A DNA stretch of 64,000 nt from Escherichia coli. Its GTDB lineage: Bacteria; Pseudomonadota; Gammaproteobacteria; Enterobacterales; Enterobacteriaceae. Shown piece after piece: positions 30,727 through 44,465 of this stretch. The translations under genes and the position numbers were made by a program. A model generated the notes under the pieces. It had not been told where the DNA came from and did not search any database. It was given only the letters and a program-made list of their open reading frames with translations. Positions within the stretch are counted from its first letter, which is position 1; each line of letters begins with the position of its first letter. The stretch lies in assembly GCF_001677475.2 (NCBI RefSeq), contig NZ_CP015229.1, one strand, 5' to 3'.

Positions 30727-30757
30727 ATTTCAGACCATTAAGAAAATTTTATCCAAA

Positions 30758-30781
30758 GCCAGTCCAGCGGACTGGCTTTTG
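30758..30781 (+). terminator. Rho-independent terminator after ytjA
   Basis: gccagtcc-agcg-gactggc hairpin followed by tttt. Confidence 0.6.
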
Positions 30782-30847
30782 CGGTTTTAGCGAATAATAA
30801 ATTGCGTTACTTTGTCATTCTTTCACAACAAAAACAGGAAGGCAGAG

Positions 30848-31917
30848 GTGGGGCAGCGAATACCTGTAACGCTTGGTAATATTGCGCCGTTGTCGCTAAG
30901 GCCGTTCCAGCCTGGACGAATAGCTCTGGTGTGCGAAGGCGGCGGACAGCGTGGAATTTTCACGGCTGGCGTGCTGGATGAGTTTATGCGCGCGCAGTTT
31001 AATCCTTTCGATCTTTATCTCGGCACATCTGCCGGGGCGCAGAACCTCTCGGCGTATATCTGCAATCAGCCCGGTTACGCGCGCAAAGTCATCATGCGCT
31101 ATACCACAAAACGCGAATTTTTCGATCCATTGCGCTTTGTCCGTGGAGGAAATCTTATCGATCTCGACTGGCTGGTGGAGGCCACCGCAAGCCAGATGCC
31201 GTTGCAAATGGATACCGCAGCGCGGTTATTTGACAGCGGCAAATCGTTTTATATGTGCGCCTGTCGTCAGGATGACTATGCGCCGAATTACTTTTTGCCA
31301 ACTAAACAAAACTGGCTGGATGTGATTCGCTCCTCCAGTGCGATACCTGGCTTTTATCGTAGCGGAGTGTCGCTGGAAGGTATTAACTACCTGGATGGTG
31401 GGATCAGTGATGCGATCCCGGTTAAAGAGGCGGCAAGGCAGGGCGCTAAAACGTTAGTCGTCATCCGCACTGTGCCGTCACAAATGTACTACACGCCGCA
31501 GTGGTTCAAACGCATGGAACGCTGGCTGGGTGACAGTAGCCTGCAGCCGCTGGTCAATCTGGTGCAGCATCATGAAACCAGCTATCGTGACATTCAGCAA
31601 TTTATTGAGAAACCACCGGGCAAGCTGCGGATATTCGAAATTTATCCGCCGAAGCCATTACATAGTATCGCGCTTGGCAGTCGGATTCCGGCGCTGCGTG
31701 AAGACTATAAACTTGGGCGTTTATGCGGTCGTTATTTCCTCGCCACGGTCGGTAAATTATTGACTGAAAAAGCGCCGCTTACCCGCCATCTGGTGCCAGT
31801 GGTGACGCCGGAATCGATCGTTATTCCGCCTGCGCCAGTCGCCAACGATACGCTGGTTGCCGAAGTGAGCGATGCTCCGCAGGCGAACGACCCGACATTT
31901 AACAATGAGGATCTGGC

Positions 31918-31921
<4 letters not shown>
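30848..31921 (+). CDS. yjjU: Patatin-like phospholipase YjjU
   Basis: 357 aa from GTG at 30848 (SD aggaagg upstream); patatin motifs GGGQRG and GTSAG. Confidence 0.9.
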
Positions 31922-32899
<978 letters not shown>

Positions 32900-33763
32900 T
32901 TACAAATACAGCGCCGGGAATATTAAGCGGCTCACCCCGCGCACCTTTAATGCATCAGCCAACGGCTCAACGTCTTCCGGCGTGGCGCTCGCCCAGCTTT
33001 GCGCTTCGCCATACACGCCGTGGGCATGAAACGCGTTCAGGCGTACCGGAACATCGCCGACTCCCTTGATAAACGCCGCCAGTTCTTCGATGTGTTGCAA
33101 ATAATCCACCTGGCCAGGGATTACCAGCAAACGCAGTTCCGCCAGCTTACCGCGCTCTGCCAGCAAACAGATGCTGCGCTTAATCTGCTGATTATCGCGT
33201 CCGGTTAATTGCTGATGACATTCGCTCCCCCACGCTTTGAGATCGAGCATTGCGCCGTCGCACACCGGAAGCAATTTTTCCCAGCCGGTTTCGCTCAACA
33301 TGCCATTACTGTCCACCAGACAGGTGAGGTGGCGCAGTTGCGGATCATTTTTGATAGCAGTAAACAGCGCCACCACAAACGGTAGCTGGGTCGTGGCTTC
33401 GCCGCCGCTTACCGTTATCCCTTCGATAAACAGCACTGCTTTGCGGATATGGCTAAGCACCTCATCCACGCTCATGGACTGCGCCATTGGCGTGGCATGT
33501 TGCGGACACATCTTCAGGCAGGTATCACATTGCTCGCAGACCACAGCGTTCCACACCACTTTGCCGTCAACAATCTGCAACGCCTGATGCGGACACTGTG
33601 GCACGCACTCCCCACAGTCATTGCAGCGTCCCATCGTCCACGGATTGTGACAGTTTTTACAGCGCAGATTGCAGCCCTGCAAAAACAGAGCCAGACGACT
33701 GCCTGGCCCGTCAACGCAGGAGAAGGGGATAATCTTACTGACTAAAGCGCATCTGCTGTTCAT
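32900..33763 (-). CDS. yjjW: Glycyl-radical enzyme activating protein YjjW (radical SAM)
   Basis: 287 aa; CxxxCxxC radical-SAM cluster (GCNLRCKNC) plus extra Cys ferredoxin-like motifs. Confidence 0.9.
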   Translation of the reverse strand: MNSRCALVSKIIPFSCVDGPGSRLALFLQGCNLRCKNCHNPWTMGRCNDCGECVPQCPHQALQIVDGKVVWNAVVCEQCDTCLKMCPQHATPMAQSMSVDEVLSHIRKAVLFIEGITVSGGEATTQLPFVVALFTAIKNDPQLRHLTCLVDSNGMLSETGWEKLLPVCDGAMLDLKAWGSECHQQLTGRDNQQIKRSICLLAERGKLAELRLLVIPGQVDYLQHIEELAAFIKGVGDVPVRLNAFHAHGVYGEAQSWASATPEDVEPLADALKVRGVSRLIFPALYL

Positions 33764-35285
33764 GGCTTATCACGCGCGGCTGGCGTTCCAGAATACGAGT
33801 GTTGCGTGCTGCTTCTTCGCCTAGCCAGGTGGTGTTGGTGCGTGAACCTTCGGCGCGATATTTTTCTAAATCCGACAAACGCACCATATAACCGGTAACG
33901 CGAACCAGATCGTTACCGCTGACATTGGCGGTAAATTCACGCATTCCGGCTTTAAAGGCTCCGAGGCAAAGCTGTACCAGCGCCTGCGGATTACGTTTGA
34001 TGGTTTCGTCGAGCGTCAGAATATCGCTGATACCGGAATAATAATAAGCATGATGCGGGGCGACAGTTTGCAGATGGGTGATCGGATCTGGCTCATCGCC
34101 ATACGGCAAACGCGCGCCCGGCGTGGTGCCGATATCGGAACTGATCCCCGACTGTGCGTGTAACATGGCGCGTTTTTGCCAGCCATATTTCACGGGGGTA
34201 TTGGCGACAAACTCCGCCAGTTGCGCGCTGATGCGATAACCCACTTCATTTGCAGCAGCTTCTTTACCGTAACGTGCGACAATTCCTTCTTTCTCACACA
34301 GTAAGTTAACTGCTTCCGCCAGTCCGTACATGCCAAACATTGGCACAAAACGTTCAGGGTTAATCAGCCCTTCTTTCACCAGGAAGCTATTCTCAAAGAA
34401 GTGTGATTGTTGATAGAGGAATTCACACCGCGCATCGATGATGGCGATCTGCTGCTGGCAGTAGTGCGGTAGAGTGCGCGTAAAGAAGTCTTCCAGCGAT
34501 TCACTGCGCTCGGCAATGGCTTTCAGGTTAAGGCGTACCAGCGTGCTGCCACCACCCGCCAGCGGCAGTGAGTTGTAACAGCTCACAATCCCGTAGCCCC
34601 CTTTTGTGAAAATTTTATCATGCACCGGACCGTTGGCGATGTGCGGTTTGCTACATTCACAGATGTTTTTCGCCACTTCCAGCAGCAGGTCATCAGGGGT
34701 GATTTCAGGATCGTAGATAAAGGTCAGGTTCGGTGAAACCTGCTTCAACTCTGCGTCTGCACGTAAAATCGCACGGGTAATGGGCGAATCAGATGGGCCG
34801 ATATTGGCATGCATAAAGGCGTCTGGCAGGGTTCTGTCGAGGTAACGCCAGAAACGTTTTATTCGAATATCGATCTCGTCTTGTGTTAGAATTCTAACAT
34901 ACGGTTGCAACAACGCATCCAGTTGCCCCAGGTAGACCGGCATCGATGTGACCGACGGTACGTGGTGGTAAAGAATGGTCAGCAGAGAGAGTGCGTCATC
35001 AAGATCTTTCGCGCCTTCCAGCTCCAGCCATTCGGAACCGTTCGCCAGAAAACGGGCGTAATCGGGTAAGACATAGCGCGGTTTGTACGGCGCATGACCT
35101 TCAAACATATCGCAGATTACACCCTCATCCAGCGCGCGGCGGGCTTCGGCAGGAAGCTGCGGATAAGGCAGATTGTTTTCTGCTTCCAGTGCCAGAAAAT
35201 GGCGCTTCTGCTCCGGGCTAAGCACTGGGCTGGTGACAATTTGCTGGCAACGTTGTTGCAGTGCATTTTCATGAGAAGTGGGCAT
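33735..35285 (-). CDS. yjjI: YjjI, glycyl-radical-enzyme-like protein of unknown function
   Basis: 516 aa; conserved backbone position next to its activase yjjW. Confidence 0.9.
   Translation of the reverse strand: MPTSHENALQQRCQQIVTSPVLSPEQKRHFLALEAENNLPYPQLPAEARRALDEGVICDMFEGHAPYKPRYVLPDYARFLANGSEWLELEGAKDLDDALSLLTILYHHVPSVTSMPVYLGQLDALLQPYVRILTQDEIDIRIKRFWRYLDRTLPDAFMHANIGPSDSPITRAILRADAELKQVSPNLTFIYDPEITPDDLLLEVAKNICECSKPHIANGPVHDKIFTKGGYGIVSCYNSLPLAGGGSTLVRLNLKAIAERSESLEDFFTRTLPHYCQQQIAIIDARCEFLYQQSHFFENSFLVKEGLINPERFVPMFGMYGLAEAVNLLCEKEGIVARYGKEAAANEVGYRISAQLAEFVANTPVKYGWQKRAMLHAQSGISSDIGTTPGARLPYGDEPDPITHLQTVAPHHAYYYSGISDILTLDETIKRNPQALVQLCLGAFKAGMREFTANVSGNDLVRVTGYMVRLSDLEKYRAEGSRTNTTWLGEEAARNTRILERQPRVISHEQQMRFSQ
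34605..34620. promoter_or_regulatory. Candidate DeoR operator OE (weak palindrome)
   Basis: TGTGAAAATTTTATCA centred 279 bp upstream of O1, the spacing I recall for deo OE-O1. Confidence 0.4.
34884..34899. promoter_or_regulatory. DeoR operator O1 (deoP1), lying inside the yjjI coding region
   Basis: Perfect 16-bp palindrome TGTTAGAATTCTAACA; centre is 599 bp upstream of the O2 palindrome. Confidence 0.6.
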
Positions 35286-35482
35286 CTTCTTTTCCTTTTA
35301 TGCCGAAGGTGATGCGCCATTGTAAGAAGTTTCGTGATGTTCACTTTGATCCTGATGCGTTTGCCACCACTGACGCATTCATTTGAAAGTGAATTATTTG
35401 AACCAGATCGCATTACAGTGATGCAAACTTGTAAGTAGATTTCCTTAATTGTGATGTATATCGAAGTGTGTTGCGGAGTAGA

Positions 35483-35498
35483 TGTTAGAATACTAACA
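35483..35498. promoter_or_regulatory. DeoR operator O2 (deoP2) upstream of deoC
   Basis: TGTTAGAATACTAACA palindrome 45 bp upstream of the deoC start; TGTGA-containing CRP/CytR-like sequence just upstream. Confidence 0.6.
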
Positions 35499-35542
35499 AA
35501 CTCGCAAGGTGAATTTTATTGGCGACAAGCCAGGAGAATGAA

Positions 35543-36322
35543 ATGACTGATCTGAAAGCAAGCAGCCTGCGTGCACTGAAATTGATGGACCTGACCACCC
35601 TGAATGACGACGACACCGACGAGAAAGTAATCGCTCTGTGTCATCAGGCCAAAACTCCGGTTGGCAATACCGCCGCTATCTGTATCTATCCTCGCTTTAT
35701 CCCAATTGCTCGCAAAACGCTGAAAGAGCAGGGTACCCCGGAAATCCGTATCGCTACGGTAACCAACTTCCCACACGGTAACGACGACATCGAAATCGCG
35801 CTGGCAGAAACCCGTGCGGCAATCGCCTACGGTGCTGATGAAGTTGACGTTGTGTTCCCGTACCGCGCGCTGATGGCGGGTAACGAGCAGGTTGGTTTTG
35901 ACCTGGTGAAAGCCTGTAAAGAGGCTTGCGCGGCAGCGAATGTACTGCTGAAAGTGATCATCGAAACCGGCGAACTAAAAGACGAAGCGCTGATCCGTAA
36001 AGCGTCTGAAATCTCCATCAAAGCGGGTGCTGACTTCATCAAAACCTCTACCGGTAAAGTGGCAGTGAACGCGACGCCGGAAAGCGCACGCATCATGATG
36101 GAAGTGATCCGTGATATGGGCGTAGAAAAAACCGTTGGTTTCAAACCGGCGGGCGGCGTGCGTACTGCGGAAGATGCGCAGAAATATCTCGCCATCGCAG
36201 ATGAACTGTTCGGTGCTGACTGGGCCGATGCGCGTCACTACCGCTTTGGCGCTTCCAGCCTGCTGGCAAGCCTGCTGAAGGCTCTGGGCCACGGCGACGG
36301 TAAGAGCGCCAGCAGCTACTAA
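35543..36322 (+). CDS. deoC: Deoxyribose-phosphate aldolase
   Basis: 259 aa from the internal ATG; first gene of deoCABD. Confidence 0.95.
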
Positions 36323-36399
36323 GGCTTGATTTGCCGGATGACGCAGCGATGCTCATCCGGTTCCCCGATTACCTCGTCTCTTTTCCACGGGAGGTTACC

Positions 36400-37722
36400 T
36401 TGTTTCTCGCACAAGAAATTATTCGTAAAAAACGTGATGGTCATGCGCTGAGCGATGAAGAAATTCGTTTCTTTATCAACGGTATTCGCGACAACACTAT
36501 CTCCGAAGGGCAGATTGCCGCCCTCGCGATGACCATTTTCTTCCACGATATGACAATGCCTGAGCGTGTCTCGCTGACCATGGCGATGCGAGATTCAGGA
36601 ACCGTTCTCGACTGGAAAAGCCTGCATCTGAATGGCCCGATTGTTGATAAACACTCGACCGGCGGCGTCGGCGATGTGACTTCGCTGATGTTGGGGCCGA
36701 TGGTCGCAGCCTGCGGCGGCTATATTCCGATGATCTCCGGTCGCGGCCTCGGTCATACTGGCGGTACGCTCGACAAACTGGAATCCATCCCTGGCTTCGA
36801 CATTTTCCCGGATGACAACCGTTTCCGCGAAATTATTAAAGACGTCGGCGTGGCGATTATCGGCCAGACCAGCTCACTGGCTCCGGCGGATAAACGTTTC
36901 TACGCGACCCGTGATATTACCGCAACCGTGGACTCCATCCCGCTGATCACTGCCTCGATCCTGGCGAAGAAACTGGCGGAAGGTCTGGATGCGTTGGTGA
37001 TGGACGTGAAAGTAGGTAGTGGTGCATTTATGCCGACCTACGAACTCTCTGAAGCCCTTGCCGAAGCGATTGTTGGCGTAGCTAACGGCGCGGGCGTGCG
37101 CACCACCGCGCTGCTCACCGATATGAATCAGGTACTGGCCTCCAGTGCAGGTAACGCGGTTGAGGTTCGTGAAGCAGTGCAGTTCCTGACGGGAGAATAT
37201 CGTAACCCGCGTCTGTTTGATGTCACGATGGCGCTGTGCGTTGAGATGCTTATCTCCGGCAAACTGGCGAAAGATGACGCCGAAGCGCGCGCGAAATTGC
37301 AGGCGGTGCTGGACAACGGTAAAGCGGCAGAAGTCTTTGGTCGTATGGTAGCGGCACAAAAAGGCCCGACTGACTTCGTTGAGAACTACGCGAAGTATCT
37401 ACCGACAGCGATGCTGACGAAAGCAGTCTATGCTGATACCGAAGGTTTTGTCAGTGAAATGGATACCCGTGCGCTGGGGATGGCAGTGGTTGCAATGGGC
37501 GGCGGACGCCGTCAGGCATCTGACACCATCGATTACAGCGTCGGCTTTACTGATATGGCGCGTCTGGGCGACCAGGTAGACGGTCAGCGTCCGCTGGCGG
37601 TTATCCACGCGAAAGACGAAAACAGCTGGCAGGAAGCGGCGAAAGCGGTGAAAGCGGCAATTAAACTTGCCGATAAAGCACCGGAAAGCACACCAACTGT
37701 CTATCGTCGTATCAGTGAATAA
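36400..37722 (+). CDS. deoA: Thymidine phosphorylase
   Basis: 440 aa from a TTG start at 36400 (product begins [14 protein letters not shown]); TGGVGD motif. Confidence 0.95.
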
Positions 37723-37752
37723 CGGTATACTGATCTGATCATTTAAATTTGA

Positions 37753-38997
<1,245 letters not shown>

Positions 38998-39076
38998 TAA
39001 TGGGTGCGGCTTGATGCCCTCACCCCGGCCCTCTCCCACAGGGAGAGGGTGAAAACATGTTGATAAGGATAAAACA

Positions 39077-39796
39077 ATGGCTACCCCACACATTAATGCA
39101 GAAATGGGCGATTTCGCTGACGTAGTTTTGATGCCAGGCGACCCGCTGCGTGCGAAGTATATTGCTGAAACTTTCCTTGAAGATGCCCGTGAAGTGAACA
39201 ACGTTCGCGGTATGCTGGGCTTCACCGGTACTTACAAAGGCCGCAAAATTTCCGTAATGGGTCACGGTATGGGTATCCCGTCCTGCTCCATCTACACCAA
39301 AGAACTGATCACCGATTTCGGCGTGAAGAAAATTATCCGCGTAGGCTCCTGTGGCGCTGTTCTGCCACACGTAAAACTGCGCGACGTCGTTATCGGTATG
39401 GGTGCCTGCACCGATTCCAAAGTTAACCGTATCCGTTTTAAAGACCATGACTTTGCCGCTATCGCTGACTTTGACATGGTGCGTAACGCGGTAGACGCGG
39501 CTAAAGCACTGGGCGTTGATGCTCGCGTTGGTAACCTGTTCTCCGCTGACCTGTTCTACTCTCCGGACGGCGAAATGTTCGACGTGATGGAAAAATACGG
39601 CATCCTCGGCGTGGAAATGGAAGCCGCTGGCATCTACGGCGTCGCTGCAGAATTTGGCGCGAAAGCCCTGACCATCTGCACCGTGTCTGACCACATCCGC
39701 ACTCACGAGCAGACCACTGCCGCTGAGCGTCAGACCACCTTCAACGACATGATCAAAATCGCACTGGAATCCGTTCTGCTGGGCGATAAAGAGTAA
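39077..39796 (+). CDS. deoD: Purine nucleoside phosphorylase
   Basis: 239 aa, full-length. Confidence 0.95.
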   Translation: MATPHINAEMGDFADVVLMPGDPLRAKYIAETFLEDAREVNNVRGMLGFTGTYKGRKISVMGHGMGIPSCSIYTKELITDFGVKKIIRVGSCGAVLPHVKLRDVVIGMGACTDSKVNRIRFKDHDFAAIADFDMVRNAVDAAKALGVDARVGNLFSADLFYSPDGEMFDVMEKYGILGVEMEAAGIYGVAAEFGAKALTICTVSDHIRTHEQTTAAERQTTFNDMIKIALESVLLGDKE

Positions 39797-39825
39797 TTGT
39801 GTTTTGCTGAAAGGCGATTGCCTTG

Positions 39826-39858
39826 TGAAGCCGGAGCGGGAGACTGCTCCGGCTTTTT
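39826..39858 (+). terminator. Rho-independent terminator of the deo operon
   Basis: aagccggagc-gggagact-gctccggctt hairpin followed by ttttt. Confidence 0.7.
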
Positions 39859-39956
39859 AGTATCTATTCATCAATAGCAACTGATTTATAGATTTACTAT
39901 TATTTTTCATATGGATAGAAAATAAAATCCATTCAAGTATCTATTCACGAATCTAT

Positions 39957-40220
39957 TCATTTATGTTCAGCCGTCATCCAGGAAGGGCATATCAGCAACT
40001 CTGGTGGACAACCATAAATTTCTGCCATTTTGCTTTTGATGTTTGAGCTAAGTCGTTCCGTCTTTTCGATCTGTTTTAGAGAATTAATCGAGATACCTAA
40101 CATTTTACTTACTTCAGCAAGCGATAATTTATGCCTGATACGCACGGCGGCTAGCCAGGAAATACGCTGGCTGAACATTAAATTGATAATCTCCCGTTCC
40201 TGGTTTTCCAGATCGATCAT
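39957..40220 (-). CDS. Small XRE-family helix-turn-helix regulator (Cro/CI-like)
   Basis: 87 aa; HTH segment LSLAEVSKMLGISINSLKQIEKTE; SD aggaagg before the ATG; 31 bp downstream of the lplA stop on the same strand. Confidence 0.6.
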   Translation of the reverse strand: MIDLENQEREIINLMFSQRISWLAAVRIRHKLSLAEVSKMLGISINSLKQIEKTERLSSNIKSKMAEIYGCPPELLICPSWMTAEHK

Positions 40221-40251
40221 ATTTCCTTCCTTGGATATTTTAATCAGCGAG

Positions 40252-41268
40252 TTACCTTACCGCCCCCGCTATCCACGTCGACAACTCCCGTAGCTCTTTT
40301 TCCTGGTCCGGGAAGTCAACCAACAGCGCTTCGCACTCCTGTTGCAGCATATCCGCGCGGTACAGGCAGCCTTGCAGTCGCCCGGCGAGGGCTTCCAGCG
40401 GCGCGGGGTTGAGGCTGTCGGTAAACACCTGGGCGCGGGTGATATGGCCTTTTTCAACGTCGAAATGCAGTTCCACGCCGCCCCAGGTGAAGCGTTCATC
40501 CAGCAGATGCGAGAATGCCGGAGCCTGACCGAAGTTCCACTCCCAGCTACTCTGACGGGCAAAGGTTTCGGCGAAGTTTGGCAAGTCTGGCGTTTTGTCC
40601 GGGGAGATGATTTCCGCTTCCACGCGCTCGCCATAATGGGCGAAAAAGGCCTCGGTTATGGCCTCGCAAACCTGCTCATGGGTGATCCCCGGCAGCAGCT
40701 CGGTGAGGTTGGTCACGCGGGAACGCACTGAGGTAATGCCTTTCGCCGCCAGTTTCTTTTTATCCGGATTGAGATAGTTTGCCAGGCGGCTAAGGTCGGC
40801 ATTAAGCAGCAAGGTGCCGTGGTGGAAGCCACGATCTTTGGTTTCGCGATAGGCCGAGCCTGAGACTTTGCGGTCGCCTTCGGCGGTTTTCACCACCAGA
40901 TCGTTACGTCCAGACGCTTCGGCGCTGACGCCGAGCGCGTTCAGCGCATTGAGCACAATCGACGTGGAGATGGTTTTATCGTACTCCGGCTTTCCAGCCA
41001 TAAAGGTAAAACAGGTATTACCGAGATCGTGGAACACCGCGCCGCCACCGCTACTGCGCCGCGCCAGGCGGACGTTATCTTCTTCCATCCGCCGGGTATT
41101 ACACTCTTTCCACGGGTTTTGCGCGCGACCAATCACTACCGTGTCGGCATTGCGCCAGAGAAACAGAACGCGCTGCGTGGCGGGCATCTGGCGAAAAATA
41201 CACTCCTCCACCGCCAGGTTAAACCACGGGTCGTAAGAGTCAGAGATGAGCAGGCGTAATGTGGACAT
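40252..41268 (-). CDS. lplA: Lipoate-protein ligase A
   Basis: 338 aa, full-length. Confidence 0.95.
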   Translation of the reverse strand: MSTLRLLISDSYDPWFNLAVEECIFRQMPATQRVLFLWRNADTVVIGRAQNPWKECNTRRMEEDNVRLARRSSGGGAVFHDLGNTCFTFMAGKPEYDKTISTSIVLNALNALGVSAEASGRNDLVVKTAEGDRKVSGSAYRETKDRGFHHGTLLLNADLSRLANYLNPDKKKLAAKGITSVRSRVTNLTELLPGITHEQVCEAITEAFFAHYGERVEAEIISPDKTPDLPNFAETFARQSSWEWNFGQAPAFSHLLDERFTWGGVELHFDVEKGHITRAQVFTDSLNPAPLEALAGRLQGCLYRADMLQQECEALLVDFPDQEKELRELSTWIAGAVR

Positions 41269-41295
41269 AACGATTTCCTTTCTTGTAGTAATGGG

Positions 41296-41940
41296 TCACT
41301 CTTTTTTCTCGCTTTCTTCCTCTTCCGGCACCGGTTTGCTGGCGGTTAACAGGAAGGGCGATTGCTGCCAGCGGGTGCGTTTACCCTGTAGCAGCGTGCG
41401 GGTCAGCACTACGCCGATTGCCAGTGAGAGCAGCAACATCAGGCGTAAAATGTTAGTGGTGTTATCCACCTGTTGGGCTTCGGTGGCGAGCGTATGGGTG
41501 TCGAGCGTAAGGCGCAGATAGCCGAGCGGTCCGTTTTTCCCAGCAATTGGTTCGACAATCTGCTGGTTAAAATAGCCGCCCGCTTTTTTGCCGTCGAGCG
41601 CCAACCGGTCGCGCACTTCGACGCTTTCGCCAGAACGGGCGATAAGATCGCCTTGTTCGTCATACACGCCCGCGTCGAGGATACGGCTTTCATCCGTTAA
41701 CTGATCTAGGATCGCCTGAATGCGTTTTTCATCCGGTGAGTCGGTACGCATCAGCGGTGCAACGTTCAGCGTCACCTGACGCGCCAGGGTGCGGGCCAGT
41801 TCTTCCAGCTGTGGATTACGCTGTCGCTGGTGGTTTTGACTAAACCATGACGCTCCCTGCATCAGCGCCACTAACAAGGCAAGACAGAACAGGACAATCA
41901 CTGCCCGATGCAGCCGGAATTTCAGTTTTGTGCGAGTCAT
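41296..41940 (-). CDS. ytjB: Inner membrane protein YtjB (Smp)
   Basis: 214 aa; N-terminal transmembrane segment; conserved between lplA and serB. Confidence 0.9.
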   Translation of the reverse strand: MTRTKLKFRLHRAVIVLFCLALLVALMQGASWFSQNHQRQRNPQLEELARTLARQVTLNVAPLMRTDSPDEKRIQAILDQLTDESRILDAGVYDEQGDLIARSGESVEVRDRLALDGKKAGGYFNQQIVEPIAGKNGPLGYLRLTLDTHTLATEAQQVDNTTNILRLMLLLSLAIGVVLTRTLLQGKRTRWQQSPFLLTASKPVPEEEESEKKE

Positions 41941-42045
41941 CTTCCACCCTTTGAAAATTTGAGACTTAATGTTGCCAGAAGCAATGGATACAAGGTAGCC
42001 TCATGCGTTATTTTCCCTGCTTCGAACGATTTTACAGGAGCCTTA

Positions 42046-43014
42046 ATGCCTAACATTACCTGGTGCGACCTGCCTGAAGATGTCTCTTTATGGCCGGGTC
42101 TGCCTCTTTCATTAAGTGGTGATGAAGTGATGCCACTGGATTACCACGCAGGTCGTAGCGGCTGGCTGCTGTATGGTCGTGGGCTGGATAAACAACGTCT
42201 GACCCAATACCAGAGCAAACTGGGCGCGGCGATGGTGATTGTTGCCGCCTGGTGCGTGGAAGATTATCAGGTGATTCGTCTGGCAGGTTCACTCACCGCG
42301 CGGGCTACGCGCCTGGCCCATGAAGCGCAACTGGATGTCGCCCCGCTGGGGAAAATCCCGCACCTGCGCACGCCGGGTTTGCTGGTGATGGACATGGACT
42401 CCACCGCCATCCAGATTGAATGTATTGATGAAATTGCCAAACTGGCCGGAACGGGCGAGATGGTGGCGGAGGTAACCGAACGGGCGATGCGTGGGGAACT
42501 CGATTTTACCGCCAGCCTGCGCAGCCGTGTGGCGACGCTGAAAGGCGCTGACGCGAACATTTTGCAACAGGTGCGTGAAAATCTGCCGCTGATGCCAGGC
42601 TTAACGCAACTGGTGCTCAAGCTGGAAACGCTGGGCTGGAAAGTGGCGATTGCCTCCGGCGGCTTTACTTTCTTTGCTGAATATCTGCGCGACAAGCTGC
42701 GCCTGACCGCCGTGGTAGCTAATGAACTGGAGATCATGGACGGTAAATTTACCGGCAATGTGATCGGCGACATCGTAGACGCGCAGTACAAAGCTAATAC
42801 CCTGACCCGACTGGCACAGGAGTATGAAATCCCGCTGGCGCAGACCGTGGCGATTGGCGATGGTGCCAACGACCTGCCGATGATCAAAGCGGCAGGGCTG
42901 GGGATTGCCTACCATGCCAAGCCAAAAGTGAATGAAAAGGCGGAAGTCACCATCCGTCACGCTGACCTGATGGGGGTGTTCTGCATCCTCTCCGGCAGCC
43001 TGAATCAGAAGTAA
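42046..43014 (+). CDS. serB: Phosphoserine phosphatase
   Basis: 322 aa from the internal ATG; HAD motifs DMDST and GDGAND. Confidence 0.95.
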   Translation: MPNITWCDLPEDVSLWPGLPLSLSGDEVMPLDYHAGRSGWLLYGRGLDKQRLTQYQSKLGAAMVIVAAWCVEDYQVIRLAGSLTARATRLAHEAQLDVAPLGKIPHLRTPGLLVMDMDSTAIQIECIDEIAKLAGTGEMVAEVTERAMRGELDFTASLRSRVATLKGADANILQQVRENLPLMPGLTQLVLKLETLGWKVAIASGGFTFFAEYLRDKLRLTAVVANELEIMDGKFTGNVIGDIVDAQYKANTLTRLAQEYEIPLAQTVAIGDGANDLPMIKAAGLGIAYHAKPKVNEKAEVTIRHADLMGVFCILSGSLNQK

Positions 43015-43062
43015 TTGCACGCCCGTCATCCTGCGGGCGGCACAGCATTAACGAGGTACACC

Positions 43063-44445
43063 GTGGCAAAAGCTCCAAAACGCGCCTTTGTTTGTAATGA
43101 ATGCGGGGCAGATTATCCGCGCTGGCAAGGGCAGTGCAGCGCCTGTCATGCCTGGAACACCATCACCGAGGTGCGTCTTGCTGTGTCGCCAACGGTGGCG
43201 CGTAACGAGCGTCTCAGTGGCTATGCCGGTAGCGCCGGAGTGGCGAAAGTCCAGAAACTGTCGGATATCAGCCTTGAGGAATTGCCGCGTTTTTCTACCG
43301 GATTTAAAGAGTTCGACCGCGTACTAGGCGGTGGGGTAGTGCCGGGAAGCGCCATTCTGATTGGCGGTAACCCAGGTGCGGGGAAATCCACGCTGCTACT
43401 GCAAACGCTGTGCAAACTGGCCCAGCAGATGAAAACGCTGTATGTCACTGGCGAAGAGTCGCTGCAACAGGTGGCAATGCGCGCTCATCGCCTTGGCCTG
43501 CCGACTGACAATCTCAATATGTTGTCGGAAACCAGCATCGAGCAGATCTGCCTGATTGCCGAAGAAGAGCAACCGAAGCTGATGGTAATTGACTCCATCC
43601 AGGTGATGCATATGGCGGATGTTCAGTCATCGCCTGGCAGCGTGGCGCAGGTGCGTGAAACGGCGGCTTATCTGACGCGCTTCGCCAAAACACGCGGCGT
43701 GGCGATTGTCATGGTTGGGCACGTAACCAAAGATGGCTCGCTGGCTGGCCCTAAAGTGCTGGAACACTGTATCGACTGTTCGGTGCTTCTGGATGGCGAT
43801 GCCGACTCCCGTTTTCGCACCTTACGCAGCCATAAAAACCGCTTCGGCGCGGTGAATGAGCTGGGCGTCTTCGCGATGACTGAACAGGGGCTGCGTGAAG
43901 TCAGCAACCCTTCCGCCATCTTTTTAAGCCGCGGTGATGAAGTGACCTCCGGTAGCTCAGTGATGGTGGTATGGGAAGGAACGCGTCCACTGCTGGTGGA
44001 GATCCAGGCGCTGGTCGATCACTCGATGATGGCGAATCCACGCCGCGTCGCAGTAGGGCTGGAGCAAAACCGTCTGGCAATCCTGCTGGCGGTGCTGCAC
44101 CGTCACGGTGGGTTGCAAATGGCCGATCAGGATGTATTTGTTAACGTGGTCGGCGGCGTGAAGGTGACGGAAACCAGCGCCGATTTAGCGTTACTGCTGG
44201 CGATGGTTTCCAGCCTGCGTGACAGACCGCTGCCACAGGATCTGGTGGTGTTTGGTGAAGTCGGGCTGGCAGGGGAGATCCGCCCCGTGCCCAGCGGTCA
44301 GGAACGAATTTCAGAAGCGGCGAAACACGGTTTTCGCCGGGCGATTGTTCCGGCGGCTAACGTACCGAAAAAAGCGCCGGAAGGGATGCAGATTTTTGGC
44401 GTTAAAAAACTCTCCGACGCGCTTAGCGTGTTCGACGACTTATAA
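43063..44445 (+). CDS. radA: DNA repair protein RadA (Sms)
   Basis: 460 aa from GTG at 43063; N-terminal C4 zinc finger, Walker A GNPGAGKST, C-terminal Lon-like domain. Confidence 0.95.
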   Translation: MAKAPKRAFVCNECGADYPRWQGQCSACHAWNTITEVRLAVSPTVARNERLSGYAGSAGVAKVQKLSDISLEELPRFSTGFKEFDRVLGGGVVPGSAILIGGNPGAGKSTLLLQTLCKLAQQMKTLYVTGEESLQQVAMRAHRLGLPTDNLNMLSETSIEQICLIAEEEQPKLMVIDSIQVMHMADVQSSPGSVAQVRETAAYLTRFAKTRGVAIVMVGHVTKDGSLAGPKVLEHCIDCSVLLDGDADSRFRTLRSHKNRFGAVNELGVFAMTEQGLREVSNPSAIFLSRGDEVTSGSSVMVVWEGTRPLLVEIQALVDHSMMANPRRVAVGLEQNRLAILLAVLHRHGGLQMADQDVFVNVVGGVKVTETSADLALLLAMVSSLRDRPLPQDLVVFGEVGLAGEIRPVPSGQERISEAAKHGFRRAIVPAANVPKKAPEGMQIFGVKKLSDALSVFDDL

Positions 44446-44465
44446 TGAGGAATACGGAGGGAGAT

